Positions 12,501 through 24,779 of a stretch of 64,000 bases of DNA are shown here, piece after piece; within the stretch, counting starts at the first letter, position 1; every line of letters starts with the position of its first letter. The notes under the pieces were generated by a model. The model saw only the letters and a list, made by a program, of their open reading frames with translations, was not told the DNA's origin and ran no database searches. A program made the position numbers and the translations under genes. This stretch comes from Eledone cirrhosa (taxonomy: Eukaryota): contig OZ024743.1 of NCBI GenBank assembly GCA_964016885.1, positions 47,058,001 to 47,122,000 on the forward strand, in the 5' to 3' direction.

Positions 12501-13765
12501 GCTACAACAAAATAAACATACATTTCATCTTTAATTTCTGCTGTTGACATCATTATTGTGTTACTCGTGTCTCAATAATATTTATAATCCATGCTGCTAA
12601 ACACACTCACAAAGTGACATGCAGCATATTATGAACTCTTTTTCTGCAGCTTGCAGCACTTTGGGCGTCACAATAAGCTTGGAAAAGACTGTTGTGATGT
12701 ATCAGCCAGTACCTGGAAACGAGTACACTGCACCAAGTGTGTACGTGTACGGAAAGAGGCTAAAAGTTGCTGACAAGTTTGTTTACCTTGGTAGTACGTT
12801 GAACACTTCATGCACACATGATAATGAAATATCCTTAAGAATCAAGAAAGCCAGTGATGCTTTTGGACGGCTGCATCAATGTTTATGGTCCAGACGAGGT
12901 ATCACTATCGAAACCAAGGTGAAAGTGTATCTGACTTGTGTCGTCTCCTCTTTACTTTATGTTTGTGAAACGTGGGTCACATACAGAAAGCACCTCAAGG
13001 ATCTGGAGAGATTTCACCAACAATCTCTTCATAAGTTACTTGAGGTGTGGTGGAAAATGTTCGCCAGTGATTTGGAAGTTCTAGAACGGAGCAGGTGCGT
13101 GACTATAGAGAGCATAATCTTTCGGTATCGGTTGAGGTGGTGCAGTCACGTGGTCCGGATGTCTGATGATCGTATTCTAAAGCAACTTCTCTATGGAGAA
13201 CTATGTGAAGGAAGGCGACCACCACATAAACCAAAAAGGCGGTACCGGGACTGTATCAGGGGCACCTTGGCTTGTGCTGGAATTTCATCTGACGAATGGG
13301 AGAAAATGACTGACGAGCGTGTGAAGTTGAGACGTTTGATAAAGTCAGGTGGTGAACACTTTGAAACTCGTCGGAGAGAACACCTAACACTGAAAAGGAA
13401 GGTGAGGATTGAGACTGTTCTGAACTGCCTGCTGTTGAACATCATCTGGTTTGCCAGCACTGTGGTCGAGTCAGCCTGAGCAAAGTTGGTTTGATTAGAC
13501 ATGAACAAAGTCATATCAGTAGACCTCATGTAGATTATGATCTGAAAAGGTGTAAGAAATGTACAAGCATGGGAGGTCTTAAAAGATACGTGAACATACA
13601 GCCAGAACAAAGCAATGGAAGGTTTCGGGGGAGCCTAAAGTTGCCATGTGTGTGCCAGAGGGTGCAAGTATTTGGCTGGTTTAAAGAGTCACATTTGTGC
13701 TTCACATTTTTGAACATTTTATCGGGCGATGGCAATACTTGAACACGAGTTTGCAGCCATCATGT
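9582..13765 (+). mobile_element. decayed RTE (BovB-like) LINE, interrupted by an LTR element
   Basis: DWFDENDQE, LPESQCGFR..RGTVDMI, FVDLTKAF, YADD (10878-10889), FVYLGS and LLYGELCEGRR motifs. The frame resumes at ~12606 after the insert, and a (GTAT)n tract follows. Confidence 0.9.
10907..12601 (+). mobile_element. internally deleted LTR retrotransposon (Gypsy-like)
   Basis: Direct repeats start TGTAG at 10907 (truncated ~11080) and 12206 (to 12601, ending CTAAA, one mismatch from CTACA). Polypurine tract AGAAGGGGAG precedes the 3' LTR. 4-bp TSD CACA at 10903-10906 and 12602-12605. Confidence 0.85.
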
Positions 13766-13766
13766 A

Positions 13767-13856
13767 GTATGTATGTATGTATGTATGTATGTATGTATGT
13801 ATGTATGTATGTATGTATGTATGTATGTATGTATGTATGTATGTATGTATGTATGT
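13767..13856. repeat. (GTAT)n microsatellite
   Basis: Seen directly. Confidence 0.95.
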
Positions 13857-14629
13857 CGGGTCACTCTTGAGTGCTATTGGTAACATGTAACCCAGTACAA
13901 CCTGTCGCATGGTCGAGTCGTCGGCGACTAAACCGGCAACCCCACCAAGTTTACTTGGTGAGGAGGGTGATTTTGGACACCCTGCAGGACAAAAAACAAA
14001 ACCTGACAAAGGGCGGAAGATCTCATAAGAGTCAACGGCCTTCCAAAAGTGTGTAAATATGTATATACACATGTACATATGTATGTATATGTATATGTGT
14101 ATATACATGGGTGCATGTCTATGTACATGCGCGGGGACATAGAAATAATCGGGCTGGACACCCGATTGCGCGGTTAAACCACTGGGAGTGAAGGACACCT
14201 AGCCTTTGTCAGGGCATTCTTCTAGGAGAAGGCAACTCAGGAAACTGAGATAACTCCGATATAAAACCAGAGCGTGGGATTGGCTCAGTGCACCGTCTTT
14301 CCTCATTTAAAAAAATATCTTCATGCACAGGCATTGCACGATAGAATTAATTAATAATTATTAATAATGGTATATCGCGCAATGGTCATACTCGATAACG
14401 AGGGGGCAGCCATCATGTATGCATGCATGCGTGTATGTATGTGTGTATATATATGTGTGTGTGCATGTGTGTATATATATGTGTGTGTGCGTGTGTGTAT
14501 ATATATATTTCCATATACATATTTATTCAGCTGATATAGGCTGGATTGGTTGGAATATTCTGACGCGAATTCTTTCTGCGCTGTTAAATTGAAACAAATC
14601 TTGACTTTTTATTTGAGGTTTTCTATATA

Positions 14630-15270
14630 AGAGACTGGGAGACCATGTTGATACTATGAAGGCCATTTGTCCTAAGCCGCCGGGACTATTGCTCCCAGCT
14701 GTGGTCACCCCATAGTATCAAACTAACCACGGAACTTGAGACAATCCAACGAAGTTACACCAAGAGGATTGCACGATGAAGGAGATGAGCTACTGGGAGA
14801 GGCTAAAAGAACTGAAACTCTACTCCTTGGAACGAAGACAGGAGAGATACGCAGTGATATACATATGGAAAATCCTGGAGGGACTAGCGCCAAACTTTGG
14901 TATTGAGAGCGGGACCAACCCCCGAACAGGACGTCACTGTGTGGTGACAAAGGTCCCATCTTCCACATCTAGAACAAGAAGCAGATATTGCAATAGACTG
15001 GGGTTCAAAGGCCCTCAGCTCTTTAACAAACTGCCGAGGGATTTGAGAGATCTACATGGTGTGGCCGTGGATATTTTCAAGAAACTTCTCGACACCCTGT
15101 TATCCAGGATCCCGGATGAGCCCACATCACGGTACGAAGGTAACCTAAGGGCAGCAGCAATGAACTCCCTCTTACATGAATGGCCAGCCAACACAGGCTG
15201 GAGATAGAATGTGTAGCAACAAGGGCAGTGCCCAATCATGGTCTCAGCCGGATGGCTGGAACAGCTAAAA
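14630..15270 (+). mobile_element. 3' fragment of a second CR1/L2-group LINE family
   Basis: DYCSQLWSP..ETIQRSYTKRI..SYWERLKELKLYSLERRQERY..GPQLFNKLP. Confidence 0.85.
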
Positions 15271-15299
15271 GAGTATATATATATATTTAATATAGAAAT

Positions 15300-15351
15300 G
15301 GCTTCAACAGGACTAGAACTGTTTCATTCAGAGGAAATCATCAGAAAAGCC
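15300..15351 (-). ncRNA. type I hammerhead ribozyme-like motif
   Basis: Minus strand: ggctttt-CTGATGA-t[ttc ctct gaa]t-GAAA-[cag ttctagtc ctg]-TT-gaagcc. Second copy at 62340-62384. Confidence 0.55.
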
Positions 15352-15605
15352 GACTGTCAATGTAATATGGTGGTATTTATACATTTTCTGGTGGTAGGGG
15401 AGGGTAGTAAATTGATGCTAAGTAGACAAACACATACACACTGACAGGCACTCCTAATTTTCAAGATTCATTTATTCCAAACAAACAAAGGGTTTTCATT
15501 GAGTGGCAATATTAAAATGCTCTGCTAAAAGATATAAATATGTGTGTGTGTGTTTGTGTATGTATATATATATATGTGTGTGTGTGTGTGTTTGTGTATA
15601 TATAT

Positions 15606-16950
15606 ATCATCATCATCATCATCAACGTTTAACGTCCGTGTTCCACGCTTGCATGGGTTTGGACGGGGGTTTTCCCACTTGAGGCAAGAGTGATTGTCTT
15701 GCTCGCATAGGACTATCTGGCGGGTTTTCTACAGCTGGATGCCCTTCCTAACACCAACCACATTTACAGTATGGGGCTGGGAGGTTTTTACCGTGTTGCT
15801 TACACGGCCACATTACAGAGTGGACTGTCTGGCAGGTTTTCTACAGCTGGATGCCCTTACTAACACCAACCACATTTACAGTGTGGGGCTGGGAGGTTTT
15901 TACCGTGTTGCCTCCACGGCCACATTACAGCGTGGACTGTGTCTACACGATCTCATTTGTTTTGGCCTGGATGTTGTGGCACCAACATAACTTTACATTG
16001 AAGGGACGGTGTGGATGGGGTGGGGGTGGGGGGTATTTTGTTAGAGATGCCTACTGGCTGTAGTAGGTTTTACTTTGTATTTAGGTAAGGCGGGTCTTCT
16101 CTATTACTGAGTACCGCTAAAGGTCTCGGTCCAGTGACATTGTCTTGGAGAGGTGTAAGTGTATGAGGTCAGAATTTATCAGCTCGTCCCAGGTTTTTCT
16201 GGGTCTGCCTACTCCGTAGCTACCGTCTATCTTTATTGCCCTGCACTTTGTTATACAGCTGTCGTCTTTCATGCGCATCACGTCACCATACCAACGTAGC
16301 CTTCTCTCGAGTAAACAACATCTGATCCCTCTTATTTCTAATTTTTTCCTTAGTTCGCTTATGCTTTGCCGTTCACGTATGTTACTATTACACATCCAGC
16401 GGAGCATGCAAGCTTTGTTCCTCTCTAGTCTGCGTATATCCTCTGCACACAATGCCCAGGTCTCACTGCCATGCAACATTGCTGTTCGTATGCAGGCATC
16501 ATACAACCTGCCTTTCATTCTTAGGGAGAACCCTTTAGCGGCTAATAGTGGTATAAGCTCTCTGAACTTTTTCCAACCAGTTCTGACTCTAGCTACTGTA
16601 CTTTCAGAGCACCCTCCCCCACAGCTGATTTTGTCGCCCAGGTAACGGAAGCTGTCCACTATTTCTATAGAACCCTCTGCGCAATTGAAAGAGCTAGTAT
16701 TCTGTGGGCACTTGCTGCTACTTATTGCACCAGAGCACCGGCCACATGTAAAATCTATGTTCTTAGTTAGCTTACCTGTGATCCCACTACATCTTTTATG
16801 CACCCATACTTTGCATTTGGGACATAAAATGGAGTTTCTACCTACGCCTTTCCTACATACTGAGCATGGCCATTTCCCGGAAGGGACCGGCGCCTTATTT
16901 TCTTTCCTACAAACTAGACCTTTAGTCTTAGCCAGGTTAATTTTAAGGCC
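15606..16950 (-). mobile_element. 5'-truncated RTE-type LINE (same family as 19655-23283)
   Basis: ORF 16117..16803 (FRYLGD, MLHGSETW, GRPRKTW), a duplicated 3' UTR segment and a (GAT)n tail. Confidence 0.92.
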
Positions 16951-17004
16951 TTTTTTTTTTTTTTTATATATATATTTTTTATATTTTTATATTTATATAT
17001 TTTT

Positions 17005-17037
<33 letters not shown>

Positions 17038-17038
17038 T

Positions 17039-17096
<58 letters not shown>

Positions 17097-17098
<2 letters not shown>

Positions 17099-18077
17099 CA
17101 AATTTCAATAATATTAAGACACCCTATAGTGAAAAGTTTGGCCAATAAATGGAACAAGATTTTACGAACTCCTCCTATGGTTTTGGAGATAGAACCCCAT
17201 AACCATATATATTCTGAAACTACATTGCCCAGGGTACTTGTATAAGTATATTTCATTTTAATCAAAGGGTTCATCGGAGGCACAAAACCGCCGCTGAAAC
17301 TTTACCTTCGATTTATATGAAATTTAAACCATAGGTAAATGACAAGATATGATGCCTATTCACAAAATTTCAGCAAATTTCAATAAAATTAAAATACCCT
17401 AATGGGGGTTAAACCCCCTATTAGGGTTCACCGGTGGCACAAACCCCTGCTGAAAATGTTTTCCCTTCGATTTATATGCAATTTAAACCATAGGTAAACG
17501 ACAAGATATGATGCCTATTCACATCATTTCAGCAAATTTCAATAAAAAAACAATAGCTTAATGGGGGTTAAACCCCCTATTAGGGTTCACCAGGGGGTAC
17601 AAAATCCCTGCTGAAAATTTTTTCGGTTCGATTTATATACAATTTAAACCATAGATAAATGAAGAGATATGATGCCTATTCACCAAATTTCAATACTATA
17701 AGACACCTTAATGGTGGTTAAACCCCCTATTAGGGTTCCCCGGGGGTACAAACCCCCGCTGAAAACTTTTCCCTTTCGATTTATATGAAACTTAAACCAT
17801 AGGGAAATGACAAGATATGATGCCTATTCACAAAAGTTTTCAATTGATATTTTAAAAAAAATTATTTACAAGAAACAAAATAAGAATAAGATTTAATAAT
17901 GCAATTTTGATTTGATATATTACAAAAAATGATGTTTTCCAATTTTTCATGCATTATATTTTACATTGAGCAATATTGAGTTTTTCTCCATAAATTATAT
18001 CACTGATTTAAAATCAATCATCATTTTCTTACAAAAAAAATGTGTGAAACGCAGCAAGGCGCTGGTAATTCGGCTAG
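17097..18077 (+). mobile_element. non-autonomous Helitron (5'-truncated) carrying a ~122-bp minisatellite
   Basis: About 5 tandem units containing aaatttaaaccataggtaaatgacaagatatgatgcctattcac. The 3' end is a GC-rich segment then CTAG|T at 18074-18078. Same family as 58089-58906. Confidence 0.75.
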
Positions 18078-18104
18078 TATATATATATATGTGAGTGTGT
18101 GTAT

Positions 18105-18800
18105 ATATATGTGTGAGAGGTGTAGGTAGAAACTCCATCCTCTGCCCCATATGCAAACTATGGGTACACAAGAGATGTAGTGGGATCTCAGGAAGTTTAG
18201 TTAAGAATGTAGGCTTTACATGTAGCAGTTGCACCAGGACAGTAAGCAGCAAACAATCACTGAAAATAAGTGACATCAAAGTCTGGGAGGACTTGGTAAA
18301 AACAATACCAAATTAGCAGCGGAGGGGTGTTCTGAAAGAACGGGATGGAAAAAGTTGAGGGAGCTACTGCCACAGCTGGATACAAAAGGCTTTTTCCTTC
18401 AGAATAAAAGGTAGACTGTATGATGTGTGCATATGAATGGCAATGTTGCATGGTAGTGAGAGCAGGGCGCTGTGTGTAGAAGACTTGCGTAGATTAGAAA
18501 GAAATGAAGCTTGTATGCTCCGATGGAGGTGTAATAGTAATATACGCGAACAGCAAAGCATAAACAAACTGAAAGAGAAACTAGGCATAAGAGGAATCAA
18601 ATGTTGTGTGCAGGAGAGGAGATTATGTTGGTATGGACATGTGATTCGTATGAAGGATGACAGCTACATAAAGTCCCAGAAAGACTTGAGATGAAGTGAT
18701 AAAAGCCGACCTTGCCCAATTGCATCTCTGAAAGGCAATGTTACAGGACCAAGATCTCTGGCATTATGAGGTAATACAGAAACCCCAACTTCCCACGGGC
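18105..18800 (+). mobile_element. decayed RTE-type LINE 3' fragment
   Basis: GVGRNSILCPICKLWVHKRCSGI and MLHGSESRALC motifs. Confidence 0.85.
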
Positions 18801-19042
18801 CCAGGCCAAGGCTGAAACATACATACAGTATGCACCACTCCATCCCACCCGCCAATATATCTTTCATGAGAACAGACTGAAACACTGTAAAGTGGTCGTG
18901 GAGGAATCACAACAAAAAACACCCAGTACTCACTGTAAATGAGCTTGGCATTAGGAAGGGCATCCAGCTGTAGAAACCAAGCCAAACTCAGTTCTTTATG
19001 AGCAAGACATGGTCACCTGACCTAACATTGCCAACAATAGAA

Positions 19043-19422
19043 GGCACATGGCTCAGTGGTTAGAGCATTGGGCTTGCAATTGAAAGGTTGTGAGTTTAAT
19101 TCTTGGACCGGGTGATGTGTTGTTTGCTTGAGCAAGACACTTTATTTCACATTGCTCCAGTTTACTCAGCTGTAGAAATGAGATGATAGGACTGGGGTCC
19201 TTATCATTCCACTGCAAAGTACTCGTGGAGGTGCCACGGCAAAAAAAACAAAAAATACCCAGCAATCACTGTAAATGAGGTTGGTGTTAGGAAGGGCATC
19301 CAGCTGTAGAAATCAAGACAGAATCAGTTCCCGTATGAGCAAGAAAAGGTCAGCCGACCGGACACTGCCCACAACAGGACAACCCATGCTAGCGTAGAAG
19401 AACTGACATAAAATGATGATGA
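19043..19422 (+). mobile_element. tRNA-derived SINE family B (CORE-like) with RTE-like tail
   Basis: A-box tggctcagtggttag, degenerate B-box, CORE-like ttgagcaagacacttt, and tail ggtgttaggaagggcatccagctgtagaaa..(atg)n. Confidence 0.8.
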
Positions 19423-19504
19423 AATATAACAGAGTTTTATAGCTTGCTTGAAGCATTGGTGAATAGGAAACACAAATTTAAATTTTGAAAACCAAGTTGA
19501 GGGC

Positions 19505-19654
19505 CTTTGAACCCCAGGCTATTGCAATAACTGTTCCTGATTCTAGATGTGGAAGACGGGACCTTTGGTACCACACAGTGACGTCCTGTTCGAGAATTGG
19601 TCCAGCTCTCAATGCGAAATTTTGGTCTTAGTCCCCCCAGGATTTTCCATATGT
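19505..19654 (-). mobile_element. fragment of the 14630-15270 LINE family
   Basis: Reverse-complement match to ~14860-15020. Confidence 0.75.
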
Positions 19655-19693
<39 letters not shown>

Positions 19694-22600
19694 GTTTAAC
19701 GTCCAACTTCCACGCTTGCATGGGTTTGGGTGGGAGTTTTCCCACTTGAGGCAAGAGTGGTTGTCTTGCTCGCATAGGACTGTCTGGCGGGTTTTCTATG
19801 GTTGGATGCCCTTCCTAACACCAACCACATTTACAGTGCGGACTGGGAGGTTTTTACCGTGTTACCTACACGGCCACATTACAGCGTGGACTGTGTGTTT
19901 TTTGTCGTGACACCTACACGACCTCATTTGTTTCGAACTGGATGTTGTGGTACCAACATAACTTTACATTGAAAGGGGTTGTGTGGATGGGGTGGGGGTA
20001 GTGGGACGGGGGTGTATTTTTGTTAGAAGTGCCTACTGACTGTAGGTTTCGCTTTGTACTTAGGCAAGGCGGGTCTTCTGTATTACTGTGTAGCGCCAAA
20101 GATCTCGGTCCAGTGACATTGTCTTGGAGAGGTGTAAGTGTGTGAGGTCGGAATTTATCAAGTCGTCCCAGGTTTTTCTGGGTCTGTCTACTCCGTGGCT
20201 ACCGTCTATTTTTATTGCCCTGCATTTTTTTATACAGCTGTCGTCTTTCATGCGCATCACGTGACCATATCAACGTAGTCTTCTCTCGAGTAAACAACAT
20301 CTGATCCCTCTTATTTCAAATTTTTCCCTTAGTTCGTTTATGCTTTGCCGTTCACGTATATTACTATTACACATCCAGCGGAGCATGCAAGCTTCGTTCC
20401 TCTCCAGTCTGCGTATATCCTCTGCACACAATGCCCAGGTCTCACTGCCATGTAACATTGCTGTTCGTATGCAGGCATCATACAGCCTGCCTTTCATTTT
20501 TAGAGAGAACCCTTTAGCGGCTAATAGTGGTATAAGCTCTCTGAACTTTTTCCATCCAGTTCTGACTCTAGCTACTGTACTTTCAGAGCACCCTCCACCA
20601 CTGCTGATTTTGTCACCCAAATAACGGAAGGTGTCCACTATTTCTATAGAACCATCTGTGCAATGGAATGAGCTAGTATTCTGTGGGCACTTGCTGCTAC
20701 TTATTGCACCAGAGCACCGGCCACATATAAAATCTATATTCTTAGTTAGCTTACCTGTGATCCCACTACATCTTTTATGCACCCATACTTTGCATTTGAG
20801 ACATAAAATGGAGTTTCTACCTACGCCTTTCCTACACACTGAGCATGGCCATTTCCCGGATGGGACCGGTGCCCTATTTTCCTTCCTACAAACTAGAACT
20901 TTATTCTTAGACAGGTTAATTTTAAGGCCTTTTGATTCTAGGCCATGCTCCCATGTTTGGAATTTCTTCTCTACTTCAACCATTGATTCAGCTATGAGCG
21001 TTAGATCATCTGCGTATAGGAGTTCCTATGGGCAGCCGGTCTTGAACTCCACTGTTATAGCCTGAAGGGCAATAATAAATAATAGGGGGCTAAGAACGGA
21101 GCCCTGATGAACACCAACTTTTACGCTAAACTCTTCACTATATTCGTTGTTAATTCTAACCTTGCTGACTGTTTCTTTATACATGGCTTGTATAGCTCTC
21201 ACAAGCCATTCATCAACACCTAGTTTTCTAAGAGCCCACCAGATAATGGAATGGGGGACTCTGTCAAAGGCTTTCTCCAAGTCGACAAAAGCTAAGTATA
21301 GGGGTTTACTTTTAGCTCGGTACTTCTCCTGTAGTTGTCGTACAATGAAAAGAGCATCTGTGGTACTTTTACCTGACACAAACCCGAGCTGCATTTCATC
21401 TAGATCAATTCACTCTCTGATTAGTTGCGCTATTACTTTTTCTGTGACCTTCATGACCTGGTCGATTAATTTAATGCCTCTATAGTTACCCCTATCTAGG
21501 GCATCTCCTTTACCCTTGTAGCAGTTAATGATGATGATGCTACGCCAGTCCTTCGGAACAACCCCATTCTGTATGACTTGGTTTACTATCCGGGTGACCA
21601 TGGTGTGTCCCACCGTTCCAGAAGCTTTCAGCATTTCAGCAACTATTTCCGAAGGCCCAGCTGCCTTACCCGTCTTCATATCTTTGATTGCCTTACTTAT
21701 TATACTACCTTCGACTAACACTGCTGGTCCCTCTATTGGATCGATGTGGGGGAGACTGCCTTTCTCCCATTTATTCTCCTCATTTAGTAGCCTTTCGTAG
21801 TGACACTTCCAAGCTACCTTCTTATCAGCGTCAGTGATGGCAAGTACACCATCATCATTAAGGACACACTTCTCCCCAACAATATCACGGTTTTCCTTGA
21901 CACATTGCCTAGCAATCCTGAACACCTCACGTTTTTGGTCCTTGCGTTGTAGAACATGCTTGAACTTTCTTTCCTCTGCTTCCCTTCTTGCGAAGTACAC
22001 TTGTCTCCTAGCTTCCCTCCTGGCCACTTGATTGTCTTCTCTACTTCCCTCATACTTTCCAACTTTCTTTTTGGCCTTAATTGACTCCTCTACCTTACTG
22101 TTCCACCACCACGTTACTCTCCTCCTGCCTATAGGCCTGCTCCAGCCACAGACTTCATCTGCCGCCATCAGCAGGTTTGCTTTCAGGAATTCCCACTGTT
22201 CCTCTATATTGTACGATTCTAATTGCTCTTCCTTACTGTCGAAAGCATCAAGTAATATGCTTTTAAATTTATTACTGGCTGTGGGGTTCTTTAGCTTCCA
22301 TATTTTTCTTTCTCCTGAGGATAGTCCTCTTCTGTTGTCGAGTACGTCTCGTCCTGACTATGAGGTCGCTAATTATGAGTCTATGTTGGGAGGTGTATTC
22401 TTCATGGGGGAGGGATTTAGTGTTTACAACAGACACTCTGTCACGTCTTCTGGTCAGGATATAATCTACCTGGCTGGTATGTTCCCCTGATCTGTAGGTG
22501 ATCAAGTGATTGTCTCGTTTTTTGAAGTTAGTGTTACAGATAGTTAGGTTATTTGCGTCACAGAATTCCAGGATTCTGGAGCCTTCCTCATTTCTAGTAC

Positions 22601-23283
22601 CAAACCCATAGCCTCCATGGATTCTGTCATAGCTGTCACAATGTTGTCCAACATGACCATTTAGGTCGCCAGCAATAATTATATAGTCACTGTCGGTTAT
22701 TTAGGAGGGAGTGAGCATCAGTGTCTCATAGAATCTGTCTTTTATAGCGCCAGGCAGTCCAGATTGGGGTGCGTACGCAGATATTACTGTCACAGTAGTT
22801 CTATTTAGAACAAGTCTTATTTTAATTATTCTGTCATTCACTCTATTTACGTCTATTATCTTATCCACCCATTTTTCTGCTAACATGATTCCTACCCCAC
22901 CCATCCCATTGTCATTTCCCACCCAGAAAAGCTTATAGCATCGTTTTTTACCCACAATGAATCTAGCAGACCCGCCCCTCCACCTGGTCTCTTGGATACA
23001 GCAAACATCAACCTCCTTACGTTCAAGCATTTCTACAATCTCGTTAGAGCGGCCTTTTAAGGTGCCGACATTCATGGTACCAACTCTGAAGTTTTGGATT
23101 GCGTTTGGTGGGTGGGGCGCGGGGGGATGGGGTTGGGGTTATGTTGGCCATCCGCGGCCGAAACAAAGAGGAGGAGTCCTTGCCCTTTCGTCTGGCAGCA
23201 TGAGGTGAATTTGTCGTTATCTTTGGCATTGTCTCCGAGTGTCCAGATTCTTCAGACTCTCCAGAAATTCCTGAGTCCATCCA
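19655..23283 (-). mobile_element. near-full-length RTE-clade LINE (APE endonuclease, RT, PHD-like zinc finger), pseudogenised
   Basis: APE motifs NVGTL, CIQETRW, SAYAPQ, GDLNGHVG, VDYIL and QHRL. RT motifs FVDLEKAFD, GVHQGSVLSP and YADD (~21005-21016). A few stops and frameshifts; (GAT)n 3' tail at 19655-19692. Confidence 0.95.
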
Positions 23284-23582
23284 TCATATTGAAAAACAAC
23301 CAGGAGAAGTGATAGCATAGGCCGCTGACTTATGATTGGTCCAAATAATAGTGGTGGAGAGTGGGGGCGGGCGGGAGGGGTATGGGGTAGTTAGCGAGGA
23401 GAAGGTTTTAAATAAAGCAATAAACAGTAACAAGCGATATACTAGGATTTTGAAATACACAAGATTATTTAGAAAAGCCAGACAGAATAGCATTGAGAAG
23501 GTAGGAATGGATTCTGGGCGATTATACAGATATATGGATGGATGAACCGAAGGGTGGGGAGACAAGAAGAAAATGGGAGCAT

Positions 23583-23948
23583 TCATCATCATTTCATTTT
23601 ACGTCCACTTTTTCCCTGCTTGCAAGGGTGGGACGGGAACCGATTCTGGCTTGATTTCTACAGCTGGATGCCCTTCCTAACACCAACCTCATTTACAGTG
23701 AGTGCTGGGTGCTTTTTTCCCATAGCACCTCCACATCCACTTTACAGTGTGGGCTGGGTGCTTTTTTGCCGTGGCACCTCCACGACCACTTTGCAGTGGA
23801 ATGATAGGGACCCCAGTCCTATCATCTCATTTCTACAGCTGAGTAAACTGGAGCAATGTGAAATAAAGTGTCTTGCTCAAGGAAACAACACATCGCCCGG
23901 TGTGAGAATTGAACTCACAACCTTTCGATTGCAAGGCCAATGCTCTCA
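23583..23948 (-). mobile_element. SINE family B copy
   Basis: Reverse complement of the 19043-19422 family; lacks the extreme 5' end. Confidence 0.85.
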
Positions 23949-23959
23949 ATATTTATGTG

Positions 23960-23993
<34 letters not shown>

Positions 23994-24006
23994 TATAAAC
24001 TAATAT

Positions 24007-24076
<70 letters not shown>

Positions 24077-24080
<4 letters not shown>

Positions 24081-24655
24081 GTAATAATAATAAATTTGAA
24101 GACTAACATCCAAAGAGGGCTCGATAAGGATAAATATATATCAAATATATAAGAACCGTAGAGCAAATATTTATTAAAATAACAAATTAAAGTTTAAGCA
24201 AAGAATCGGCTGCTTTCACATTTAATGGAATCGTCTGAAACTAAAAAAAAAATCAATCTGTGAACGTAGAAGTAAATATTTCGAAAAACATTGCAACCGA
24301 AGGAAGACAGGAAGGCGATACTTTGGTTCATGGAGACGTAGTTTTAGGTATTTCTTCCTGCTTGGTACGGGTATGTTCTTTGTAGAAATATTCAGATGTT
24401 GTTTCTGCATGATGAATATCAGTCAATAGAGTACTCAACCAAGGGATCCAAATAGTAATAATAATAAATTTGAAGACTAACATCCAAAGAGGGCTCGATA
24501 AAGATAAATATATATAAAATATATAAGAACCGTAGAGCAAATATTTATTAAAATAACAGATTAAAGTTTAAGCAAAGAATCGGCTGCTTTCACCCTTAAT
24601 GGGATCTTCTGAAACTAAAAAAAAATCAATCTGTGAACGCAGAAGTAAATATTTC
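24077..24655 (-). mobile_element. Penelope-like remnant with tandem pseudo-LTRs
   Basis: ~205-bp direct repeats (24077-24280 and 24450-24655) flank a spacer encoding STKNIPVPSRKKYLKL, which resembles Penelope-type ORF N-termini. Confidence 0.55.
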
Positions 24656-24779
24656 TAAGCTGACCTTTCCCAATTGCACCTCTCAAGGGCAATGATACAC
24701 AACCATGACCTCTGGCGTCACACAGTAATACAGAAGACCCGACTTTCCACAGGAATATATCGACAATATTTGTTTTCCT

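Noticed and set aside
13857-14420. GC-richer segment resembling a LINE 5' UTR
   Set aside because: Single copy in the window with no ORF; cannot be assigned.
19043-19120. tRNA gene
   Set aside because: The A/B boxes belong to multi-copy SINE heads and no cloverleaf forms. The same applies to the family A heads.
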